A model generated the notes under the pieces. The model was given only the letters and a program-made list of their open reading frames with translations, made no database searches and was not told where the DNA came from. The translations under genes were made by a program, and so were the position numbers. DNA of 63,624 nucleotides, filler included, from Folioceros fuciformis (lineage: Eukaryota), in NCBI GenBank assembly GCA_049999805.1. It is 6 parts of 6 records of this genome, joined end to end, with 100 filler letters (N's around TTAATTAATTAA, not from the genome) between each part and the next. Parts side by side here need not be neighbours in the genome. Positions count along the whole stretch, not along the records: positions 34,881 to 45,415 come from JBNGIO010003115.1; positions 45,516 to 57,965 come from JBNGIO010003117.1; 4 more parts are not named here. One strand, 5' to 3'. This document shows positions 38,428-49,300 of the stretch, piece after piece (the first letter of the stretch is position 1; every line of letters begins with the position of its first letter).

Positions 38428-39555
38428 TTCCGATTCCAGAAGTATTCATATGGAGTTTTATAGGGCAGAGCCTTAGTGGTAAGTCGGTTTAAAATATATG
38501 TCGCTGTGACCACAACTTCTGCCCAGTATGGAGAAGAGAGTACAGACCACAGCAGCATAGATCTGGTCATGCCCATCCAGGTTTGGTTCTTTCTCTCCGC
38601 TACACCATTCTGCTGCTGAGTGTAAGGAATAGTAAGTTGATGTATTATGCCTCTCTCTTCCAGGAATTGTGTGAATACATTACTGACAAATTTGCCGCCA
38701 TTGTTAGATATGAAAACCTTGAGAAGACGACCAGTCTGCCTCTGAACTAGAAGCAGCCACTCTTCAAAAAGAGTAAACGTATCACTTTTCCTTTGCATAG
38801 GATACGTCCAAGTATATCGACTGAAGTCGTCTGTGAAGGTAAGATAATATTCTGCTCCACCCAAGGATGGGACTTTCAGTTGTCCAGAAATGTCTAAATG
38901 TACTAAATCCAGGACTGCTATTGTTCTGTGAGCAGGTGTGCGAGGAAATGAAGCTTCACGTTGTTTTATCAAAACGCAGATCTCGCATGTGGGGAGTTCC
39001 TTGAAACATGAAGGTAACGGCTCCCTGTAACAGTCCTGTCTAGATGATGCCAAGAGTTTAGTCTTGTTAGCATGGCCAAGGCATGCGTGCCAGAGCTTGG
39101 CCATCTGGGTAACTGTTAGGCTGCCATTAGATGCTAAACAAACTTGCTCTCGACGTGTATAGGAAATGTCTAGGCGATACAACTCTGACTCCAGGAAGGC
39201 CTTAAAAATACAGATTTCAGGACCACTTCCTCTACAGAAGCAACATACAGTCCATGATATAGTAAGTACTAAACTCTTCATTTTCATGAGTTTATTCAAG
39301 GACATCAAGTTTTTCGCCATCTTTGGAACATATGAGACATCTGAAACCACTACCTCAGAGTCATCATGCAACAGGAACTTGCAGGTTCCAGATCCTAATA
39401 TACTTAGACTAGTGGCACTACTCTCATCACTAAGGTAGACTCTGTCTGGAGCAGAAGAAAAAAGTAAGGCAAGTGAAAAGAGACTCGTCCTGGTAGATGT
39501 GCGCTGTTGCCCCACTATCTAGGTACCAACTATTAACTTCATTCACTAGAGTATT
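38428..39555 (-). mobile_element. Ty1/Copia fragment (protease, integrase)
   Basis: WYLDSG, LWHACLGH, CEIC, FTDDFSRY, QQNGVAERKN and YWAE. Confidence 0.92.

Positions 39556-39606
<51 letters not shown>
39556..39606. repeat. (GATA)n microsatellite, about 12 units
   Basis: Perfect TAGA repeats at the point where the Copia reading frame breaks. Confidence 0.95.
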
Positions 39607-39607
<1 letters not shown>

Positions 39608-40297
39608 ATCTTTACAACTAGCTTGCCTGAATTTGGTGTTGAGAAATCCACTCTATGACACCCAAGGCTCGCTCTTGTGCGAGTTGTCATGGGGGGTGTG
39701 AAGAGATTAAAGAACACCACACAATGCTGAGAGGTGAGAGGCTACCCTACCTTAATGCAGGAAACTTGAGGCCACCCTCATCGCGGCCACAACCGGGGCT
39801 TGGGCTCACGCCCACCCTACATCGTGCCGGCAGGAGGCTGGTGGCAATGGGAGGGTTGGGCTGTGAACTTGTAACGTGAGTCCTCAATGGTGTAATATGC
39901 CACAGCCAAAAATGAAAATGTTTCAAAACCTCAGGCTAAGAGGATGCAGTTATGCTCCTACCTCACTTTATCCCATCTTAACACAAGTTTAGAGATGTGC
40001 GGGCATAGTTTGCACCCCCACAACTTATGATGCACATTTTCCTCCCAATGATTCAGTCTTCAGAAATCATGTTGCATAATCGAGGTGGATGCTTAGTCCA
40101 TGAAAAGTGGTTATCACAATTTTTTTTCATATTTATTTCAAAATTTCAGGATTTCTATGAAAAATGAAAAAGGAAAAAAAAGTAAAAGAAGAGAGCCTCC
40201 TTTCCTTTTTAATAAAGAAATCCCTTTCTACCTACCCCTACACTAATTTTTTTGATCCCTTTCTACATCCCCTAACTGCTAATGGTGCTATACTCAG

Positions 40298-41854
40298 CTA
40301 ACCAACCACTCCCTTATTTCCATTCACAATCCTTTCCTCGCTACAACCACTCGAAGGTGAAGAGCTCGGACTTGAATAGTAGTAGTAATCGGACGAAGGA
40401 GTATCACATTGATAAGGCTCAGGTGCAAAAGGAGAGGAATCGCTTGGCACGGGGCTGTCATACGGGGTGCTCGGTTCATCAGCTGGTGCGGGTGTGGGTT
40501 CATATATTGTAGCCGGTGCGGGTGCTGGTGCCGGTTGATGCACACTTGTTGGTACTGGTGTTGGTGTTGTTGGTGTTGGTAGTGTAGGTGGTAGTGGTGG
40601 GATGCTTCCATCGCCGCTTGAACTGTTGGAATTGCTTGAACTAGTTGAACCGCTTGAACCATTGGAATTGCTTGAACCGCTTGAACTGGTTCCATGATAT
40701 ATGGCAACATTCCAATCATACGATACAGTGGCGTTGCATAGAGCTTGAATGCTAGTGGTGCCACTTCCACTGCCGCTTATAGTGACAGGCCCTGATCCTT
40801 GGACATACCACGAAGCCAAAGTACCCAAAATCCCGGCTTCCAAATGATAGAGATCCCACCATAAGAAGGTCTTAGAATTCTCACAATGCTTTGTGCTGCT
40901 TCTGCACGGGGTATTCCCGTCACCGCAACATGCTCTTGTAGAATGTTGGATTCCATACTTGGTAGGATGATGAATAATCTCATTAGTCGCGTGAAGAGTT
41001 GGAAGAATAACAAACTTAGCCTCGGTCAACCTATGACGAAAGAGATGATGGAGTTCGGTATTCAACTTCCTATTGTAGGTACTAATATGCTGATTGACTT
41101 CTTTGTTGCACCCATTGGACCTAGTGGCATGAATAACCGAAGGAGAACACCCCAAGGATCCAACATCAGCTATGATAAATTTTCGGGCCCCTTGTTTGTA
41201 TAACTTGTGGATGTTTTTCACCATCCTATGAATAAGGGTTCTGTGAAATTCTTTTCCTGAAATGTCGCGTCTACCCATAATTCTTTGATGAATGTCGTCG
41301 GTACCCACATCAATATAATACAATGAGTGTGCTAGATGTTTGGCAACATGATGATTCACATCACCACCATCTTTGGCTAATTGTCTTGCAAGAGCTGGAA
41401 CTGCTCTTCGTTCAAACAATTCCACTTGATGGTGGAAAGGTAGAACACGCCCATATTGTTTTCCAGTACTCTTTAGCAACCCTGATTTGCCAGAAGCAAA
41501 ACTCACACCTTCATGTCTAATAGCTCTTGGTGTATGAGATAAAAAGGGTTCCTGAAATTTTTCATAACCAAGATGACTTGCAAAGTAATCGACCAAAATG
41601 CGACCATTGCTGAATCTCCCTGTAGCCTTTCTTGAGTCAAACTCTTTTCCATAAGGAGAGTAATTTGCTTTTGCCTCCGATTTTAAGTGGAGATGATTAT
41701 TGTTGCCTATCTCTGCCACGGAATCTCCAAAAGAGTATATGGAACCTTTAAATCTGTGCGAAGATGCATGTGAGCTAAGAGCACAAGTGCATAAAATGCA
41801 TAAGATAATAACTTGAATACTCGTTGACATGTTGAAGAATTGGCTCATTTTCAC
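40298..41854 (-). CDS. Secreted GDSL/SGNH esterase-lipase with Ser/Gly- and Pro/Thr-rich C-terminal extension, intronless
   Basis: Hydrophobic N-terminal signal; block I FGDSV; PYG..F...ATGRFSNGR; block II GVSFASG; block III VGTDD; LGCSP; ACCG; block V WWDLYH. Confidence 0.9.
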   Translation of the reverse strand: MKMSQFFNMSTSIQVIILCILCTCALSSHASSHRFKGSIYSFGDSVAEIGNNNHLHLKSEAKANYSPYGKEFDSRKATGRFSNGRILVDYFASHLGYEKFQEPFLSHTPRAIRHEGVSFASGKSGLLKSTGKQYGRVLPFHHQVELFERRAVPALARQLAKDGGDVNHHVAKHLAHSLYYIDVGTDDIHQRIMGRRDISGKEFHRTLIHRMVKNIHKLYKQGARKFIIADVGSLGCSPSVIHATRSNGCNKEVNQHISTYNRKLNTELHHLFRHRLTEAKFVILPTLHATNEIIHHPTKYGIQHSTRACCGDGNTPCRSSTKHCENSKTFLWWDLYHLEAGILGTLASWYVQGSGPVTISGSGSGTTSIQALCNATVSYDWNVAIYHGTSSSGSSNSNGSSGSTSSSNSNSSSGDGSIPPLPPTLPTPTTPTPVPTSVHQPAPAPAPATIYEPTPAPADEPSTPYDSPVPSDSSPFAPEPYQCDTPSSDYYYYSSPSSSPSSGCSEERIVNGNKGVVG

Positions 41855-42910
41855 CTTTCAAAGACAATATTTAAAAAAAACACACACAACAAAAAATAAA
41901 CAAAATTAGAAAATTAGAATTTTTCTCATAATACAAATCCAAGTAAAATACAACATCTAGGGCTCCTTAAGAAAGATACAACATCCAAGACTACTCTACA
42001 ATGTGTAGGGCTTCTAGAAGAAAGAGGCAAGATTCAAGGCTCCTCCAAAATAGATGCAAGATCTAGGGCTCGTCCAAGAGAAAGGCAACATCCACAGCTT
42101 CCCCAAGAGATATAACATCCATGGTTTTTCCCAAGATAATAGATGAAATATATTGGACTGGATCCACAACTACTATGCAACATCCTACACAACAATCCTG
42201 GATACTCTACTCTCTGTAAGAGTCATACAACATCCATGAAATACACCATCCACAAGTTCTTTCAAGAAAAGAGACAAGCAATATCCACAACTCCTCCAAG
42301 CAACATCCACACAGTCTCACACCATCACAAAGGTTACAAACTATCAAAATAACTTTTGACATACTTCCCAACTCTATTGTGGAAGAGCTGCAAGGCAAAA
42401 AAACCAACATCCAGCCAACAAAACAATGAAGATGCAAGCACGTACCGTATAATGGTAAGGTGCTAGATGAGATGTTGCTGGTGAGAGAGGTACACACATT
42501 GATAGGAGTGCCACCACAAGTCCATTATATAGGGGCTTGAGGTATCTCAGTTAATTAGGTCTAACATAGTACTCAAAAGTAGACACCAATTTATGACCTC
42601 TTCTTATGTAGTTACTATACAGGTGTGTTCTATGGACCTTATGTATGTTAGCAAGTAGGTTAGGAAAGCTTTTATCACCATTAATCAAGTGAATTCTTTA
42701 CTTGGGGCCTAAGGATCTTGCATCTTCATTTAACAGTGAAAAAAGTACCTAAGTTGGATACTATTTATAATTTACCAACGGGTCTCTATTACTTCCACGC
42801 CAACTATTGCTATTACAACCATAATCAAAGGGTCTTGTACTACTTCCATGTTTAGTATAAACCACTACCAAAGAGCTGTCTCTTACTCCCTATCTAGAAT
42901 TAGTATTACT

Positions 42911-43038
42911 AAGAAATCTACCAAAATGCGACTATTACTAAATCTTTCTTTGGCCTTTCTTGAGTAAAACTCTTTTCCATAACGATAGTAATTTGCTTTT
43001 GCCTTCCATTTTAAGTTGAGATGATTATTATTGCCTAT
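42911..43038 (-). pseudogene. Fragment of a tandem paralogue of the GDSL gene
   Basis: Colinear nucleotide match to 41583-41710 (the GNNNHL...GRILVD region); cut at 43039 by an LTR. Confidence 0.8.
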
Positions 43039-44465
43039 TGTGGAGACACCAATTTATTAAAGGCTAAATTAGGATCGCAAGAGAGAAAGAGAGGCAGATT
43101 AGAAGAAAGGTTATTTGCATTAGGCCGTGGGGCACGAAAATGCGCCATTGCATAAAGAGCACCTCCCAACGGATCCCCTTGCCTTGTGCCTATTGCTGAA
43201 TCAAACACTAAGACCCCCTTAATAGTCGGGCCATGTTGGTAGTAGAGCTTGGATGGCGAGCCATAGAAAGAGCGAACACAAGGGATAAGACTTGCCAATT
43301 GACCTTCTGCACTCTTGAGCTCCGAGAAGATGGCGACCCTAGAGACGGTGTTGAAAGCATTTTCAATATCAACCTGCAAAGCTACCCAATGAGGATGTAA
43401 GTCAAGGGCCGCCTGGATGCTGAGAGCGGCAGATTCACACCCACATGGGGTAGCAATCCCAAATTGGTGGGGTGCAAGATGCGCTTGGAAGTACTCGCAA
43501 AGTTGAATTGCGATACTTCGGCTAATAAGGCGCAAAAGTACCTCCCCCACAGTAATAAGGTGCACTCCTGAGGTGGGCTTTTCCAATGCAAGTAGCCTAC
43601 TAGCCGCTAAGACTTGAGAGATTCGATTAGGAACTTCGCCCTTGGCCACTGTAGCTGCTAGTGTATAAAGCTCCAAAAAACCACTTGAGGGATCCTCAGA
43701 GAAAAATAATCTCGAAAATGGTGATAAACTGTGCCAGACAAACCCCCTGCAGAAAGTCACGGCGCAGAAAAGAGTGCATTCCCAAAAACAACCCTATCCA
43801 AGCAAAAAGGCTCCTCGGCCGTGTGGTCAAGAAGATCTTGCGGTATAGTGTCATGAGGTTCTGGTTGAAGGGCACGAAGTGCAGCAATGGTGTCCTCAGT
43901 TGCAGATGCATCCGGCACTAGGCGCAATACTCTAGCAGCCCGAGCATTTTCACCATCCTTGCCCAATATGAGACACCGCTTGAGACGCACTTTAAGTGAG
44001 TCATGGCACACCTTGTCAACCTTAGCTGGCTCCAATCGAGATTTTGGTGCTAGTAAATCCTCCTCTTCAAGAGCTTGTCAATCTCCGGATCGAAAACAGC
44101 GAAGTCGAGAGGCCACCTCCCTATGACCTGACAGACTAACCCTAGAGCGCTGAAGGCACCATCTAAGCAGGAGGAGGAACAAAATCCAAGCACCCTCTAA
44201 AGGCTAAATTAGGATCGCGAGAGAAAAAGAGAGGTAGATTAGAAGAAAGGTTATTTGCATGAAGTCGTGGGGCCGCTTAAAAATGCGTGAGGGCTACCAT
44301 TGGGATTGTGCCCCGTGAATGGCGTCGGTTTGGTTTAGGGTGCGACCCTTAGCACCACCGATACGACTCTATTGATTCGTATATGGTGCCATTAACTATT
44401 TGGCCTAATTTAATTACTTAAGTAATAACCTAATGTTGGCTATACTCACATTAACACTCCCACTT
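43039..44465 (-). mobile_element. 3' LTR (TG at 44456 to CA at 43039) plus PPT, split by a CRE-like insert
   Basis: PPT AAGTGGGAG plus TGTTAA (same 18-nt context as 7529-7546); the other end reads TCTCCACA at the GDSL-fragment junction. Confidence 0.65.
43134..44197 (-). mobile_element. Internal RT fragment of a CRE-clade-like non-LTR retrotransposon
   Basis: SAGGLSG, SRLLALEKPTSGVHLITVGEVLLRL, HQFGIATPCGCE, VDIENAFNTVSR and GTRQGDPLGG; truncated before YxDD. Confidence 0.8.
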
Positions 44466-44472
44466 AGCCAGT

Positions 44473-45415
44473 TGTGGAGGCAAAACCCCGGGCACTGATT
44501 GCCAACGGGTTCCACCTTTAGTGGCCACCCTTATCCCACTGTCGTTGAGACATTGGGTTTCGTTCCCACGGAGGAGCGATAGGGTTCCTTGCTGTTGTGG
44601 ATGGAGGATCGGACTTGATCGACTCGATGATGGATTCGAGGGCTCCCCTCCAGCTCCGATCAGGCGTAGGACAGGCCTCGCTGTCCAGCGGTCAGCTACA
44701 CCTCTCTCGGTGCCCGCAAACTCACTCTTGTCACTACAACGACCCTAACCTCTCAGATCTGCAACTTCCCTCACTCACTTCACTCACTCTCTTACTCCAG
44801 CAACGACACCATTACCTTCTATACTTCCCTACTGACTCCTCCTACCTGGCAAAAGTCACTAGACTAACCCCAAAGGAAAGAAAGAAGGGAACACACTCCC
44901 CTCTTGGATATATCCCCCCTCACAACCTTACCAGACACCATGAAACATGGCCGGCCTACAGCACTTGTCTAAGCAAGGAACAAGAGTGGACAGGTCAAGA
45001 GAAAGACACATCCTTTACAATCAAGAGCTAGGGGCAAGCCCCTACACCTTGGTCATTACACCTTGTGATCCTACCAGACACTATACAACCGGCAACACGC
45101 TGCCCGCGATCCTACCAGACACTGTACAGCCGGCAACACGCGGCTTGCGATCCTACCAGACGTTGCACAGCCGGCAACACACTGCAGGTCCTAAACCAAG
45201 CAGGGACATATCCTAAGAGCTCATGAAGAGAGGACCTCCAAGAGCTCACGAAGGGATAGACTGACTCCCAAAGTGAATGAATCCCTCCTCCTACAGGCTC
45301 ACCTGATCTTATAGGAGCCTCTCTCTCTCTCTGACTTCATCTCTCTCTAACTTGAGAATTATTATTTTATTAGCCTAGCCGGCTGTCACCAGCCACTTAT
45401 TTAGACTTCTAGCAC
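44473..45415 (+). repeat. Dispersed long repeat, probable LTR (copy 2 of 3)
   Basis: Starts TGTGGAGGCAAAACCCC; reverse complement of 10043-11379; runs into a gap. Confidence 0.85.
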
Positions 45416-45515
45416 NNNNNNNNNNNNNNNNNNNNNNNNNNNNNNNNNNNNNNNNNNNNTTAATTAATTAANNNNNNNNNNNNNNNNNNNNNNNNNNNNN
45501 NNNNNNNNNNNNNNN
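45416..45515. other. Artificial assembly spacer
   Basis: N44-TTAATTAATTAA-N44. Confidence 0.97.
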
Positions 45516-45846
45516 AAACCCTAAACCCTAAACCCTAAACCCTAAACCCTAAACCCTAAACCCTGAACCCTAAACCCTAAACCCTAAACCCTAAACCCTA
45601 AACCCTGAACCCTTAACCCTGAACCCTAAACCCTAAACCCTTAAACCCTAAACCCTAAACCCTAAACCCTTAACCCTAAACCCTCAACCCTCAACCCTAA
45701 ACCCTCAACCCTCAACCCTCAACCCTAAACCCTCAACCCTAAAACCCTTAACCCTTAACCCTTAACCCTAACCCTTAACCCTTGACCCTTAACCCTTAAC
45801 GCTTAAGCCCTAAAACCCTAATCCCTAAATCCTAATCCCTAAACCC
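45516..45846 (+). repeat. Arabidopsis-type telomeric tract (CCCTAAA)n at a contig start
   Basis: Near-perfect CCCTAAA at the left, grading rightwards into CCCTGAA, CCCTCAA, CCCTTAA and CCCTAAT variants. Confidence 0.97.
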
Positions 45847-46393
45847 GCTTCCAGTGAATTCGACGTAGGAATCACAAATACATTAACAAAGGGTGACAAT
45901 CGGGTTGTCATTTTAACCGTATTGCGAACTCAGTCTTGGTCCCCATTTTTTTCCGATGACCAACGGTTCCAAAAGGCCCAATCCTCCTAGTAAATGAAAT
46001 GGTATTGTTAATGCCCGAAAAGAGCAGTCTCCACAGCAGAATATACCATACAATTATATTCATATATTGTTTAAATAATATAACATATATAACGAACGAG
46101 ATTCAAAAAAATACGCGATCTCCGCTCGGTCCCCGCCGGGACCCAGACTAGAAATGCTACGCGGTTTCGAGGACTGAAACAAAGCTTTGAAACAAAATGA
46201 CACGGTCGTGACAGGGTGATTGGGGGCAAAATCAGAAGGTGACTCGAGGCGGGGCATTTGTGCGGGATAAAACGCGTGTCAGATAGACTCTGGCACGTCA
46301 ACGTCTTCATTACTCTAACCCTCATTGTGTAGGTGACGAAGATATTATCACTTTCAGCTCACCCAACGAGCCCTGACTGCCTTGTCTTTCATG

Positions 46394-49300
46394 TCACGGT
46401 CTACCCTTGCAACTGCAACAACCATTCACAAATCGATGTACACGGTAGCCATCCCTCACAACGATGTTTCTCTCTTCGAGCCTTGACATGATCTCCGTGG
46501 AACTGTGGCAGTCGCTGCACATGCGCAGGTTCTTGGTCACCACCAGAGGTACCCCGCTCGGAGTGTTCAACAGACCAAACGCCAGGGCCAGCTTCTCAGC
46601 ATGCCCACAAAGCGCATCTTCCTTTCCTTTCTCAGACAGTGGCTTCAGCACCAACTTCGTATGAGGTACGTGGCCCCCTTCCGTCTTCAGCCGCGCATTC
46701 GTGCTCTCTACCTTCAACGCGATGTCCTCTCTCGTTTCTCCCACCAAAAAGTTATGTACCTCGCCGTTCACCTCGATCGTCACCACTGCGGGTTTCTTGT
46801 TAGCTCCTGCTGCCATCCTCAGCGTTTCAATCCTGTCCACATCAACCCACCTGCCTGCATCCGCGTAAGCATTGGCCATGAGCACATATGCAGACGCCTG
46901 CTGAGGCTCCAGTTTCACAATGCTTTCAAAACACCGCGTCGCCCTCTCTATATCCCCGTGACACTTGCAAGCATTCAACAAAGTCGTCAATCCCACCACA
47001 TCGGTCTGACCCTCACATGATAACAACATGTTTTCTGCGTCATCTAAAAGGCCAACACGCCCTAGAAGATCAATCATGCAGGTGTAATGCACCATATTCG
47101 GTTTGATGCCATACTCCTTAGCCATGGAATGAAGGTGCTTGCGACCCTCGTTAACCAGTCCCCCATGACTGCATGCTACCAAAAGGCAAGTGAAAGTAGA
47201 CTCATTAGGATGAACACCGGCAACTAACATCTCCTCAAAACAAGCAAGTGCCTTGTGAGCTTCATCGCAACCGCCATATCCAGCAATCAGGGCATTCCAT
47301 GTCACAACATCCTTTGTCCCCGACTTGTCAAAAGCGTGGCGTGCATCTCCCAGTTCACCACATTTTGCATACATGTCCACCAAGCAGGTGCCCAACACCA
47401 AGTTATCCAATAGTCCTGTTTCGACAATATGCGAGTGCAGCTGCCTGCCCTTCTGTAGGGCACCAGTGCTTCCACACGCCCTCAGAAGACAAGCGAGAGT
47501 CGCATCGTCAGCCAAAATGAGGCCCGTCTCCTCCATTTGTCCATACACAAGGAGCGCCTCTTGGCCCAGCCCTTGCTGTGCGTACCCAGCAATCAAGGCA
47601 TTCCATGTCACAACATCCTTTGTGCTCATGTTGTCAAAAACCTGACGTGACTCTTTCAGTTCACCACATTTTGCATACATGTCCACCAGGCAAGTTCCAA
47701 TGACTACGTTATCCAGCAGTCCTCTTTCAACAATCTGTGAGTGCAGTTGCCTGCCCTTTTGTAAGGCACCGGTGCTTGCACAGGCCTTCAAAAGGCAAGC
47801 AAATGTAACATGGTTAGCCAAAATGAGACCCGTCTCCTCCATTTGTTCGTACACAACAAGTGCCTCTTGGCATAACCCTTGCTGTGCATACCCAGCAATC
47901 AGCACCGTCCATGTCACCACATCCTTTGTGGCCATGCTGTCAAAAACCTGGCGGGCATCCTTTAGTTCACCACATTTCGCATACATGTCCACCAGGCAGT
48001 TGACCACAACGACGTCATCCAACAGTCCTCTTTCTACGATCTGTGAGTGCAGTTGCATGCCCTTCTGTAAGGCACCAGTGCATGCGCACGCCTTCAGAAG
48101 GCAAGCAAAAGTAACATTGTTAGCTAATACCAGGCCCGCCTCCTCCATTTGTCCATGCACAAGAAGCGCCTCTTGGCCGAGTCCTTGCTGTGCATACCCA
48201 GCAATCAGCGCCGTCCACGTCACCACATCCTTTGTGGCCATGCTGTAAAAAATCTGGCGTGCATGATTCAGTTCCCCACATTTCGCATACATGTCAACCA
48301 GGCAGTTGCCCAACAAAATGTTATCCAGCAGTCCTCTTTGGACAATTTGTGAGTGCAGTTGCATGCCCTTCTGTAAGGCACCAGTGCTTGCACAGGCCTT
48401 CAGAAGGCAGGCAAACGTGACGTGATCAGCCAAAATGAGGCCCGACTCCTCCATTTGTCCATACAGCACAATCGCCTCGTGGCCAAGTCCTTGCTGTGCA
48501 TACCCAGCAATCAGTGATGTCCATGTCACCACATCCTTGGTGGCCATGCTGTCAAAAACCTGGCATGCATTCCCCAGTTCACCACATTTGGCATACATGT
48601 CCACAAGGCAGTTGCTCACAACAAGATCATCCATTAGTCCCCTTTTGACAATCTGTGAGTGCAGTTGCATGCCCTTCTGTAAGGCACCGGTGCTTGCACA
48701 GGCCTTCAGAAGGCAAGTAAAGGTAACATGGTTAGCCAGAACGAGCCCCTCCCGCTCCATTTGTCCATGGAGAATAAGTCCCTCGTGTGCAAGGCCTTGC
48801 TGGGAATAGGCAGCAATCAGCACCGTCCACGTCACCACATCCTTTGTGGACATACTGTCAAAGACTTGGCGTGCATCTTTCAGTTGGCCGCATTTTGCAT
48901 ACATGTCCACCAAGCAGTTCCCCACCACAACGTCATCCAGCAGTCCTTTTTCGACAATCTGTGAGTGCAGTTGCATGCCGTTCTGTAAGGCCCGAATGCT
49001 TGCACAGGCCTTCAGAAGGCAAGCAAAAGTGAAATGGTTAGCCAAAACGAGGCCCGCCTGCTCCATTAGTCCATGTACATCAAGCGCCTCTTGGCCGAGT
49101 CCTTGCTGTGCATACCCAGCTATTAGGGCATTCCACGTCACCACATCCTTCGTATTCATGCTGTCAAAAACCTGGCGTGCATCTTCCATGTTGCCACATT
49201 TTGCATACATGTCCACCAGGCAGTTGCCTACAAATAAGTTTGCAGCAATGTCACTGTGCGCCACATCAGAGTGCACTGCTCTGCCAGATTCCAAGTCAAC

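Noticed and set aside
39430-39720. ORF with SIYL repeats
   Set aside because: Translation of the (GATA)n microsatellite fused to Copia protease.
44470-44474. AGT before the TG start in two copies, suggesting another AGTT terminus
   Set aside because: Only 3 bp, and the third copy has a different flank.
43134-45846. CRE-like fragment near the telomere as a telomere-targeting element
   Set aside because: Separated by an artificial spacer, and the fragment is not flanked by telomeric repeats.
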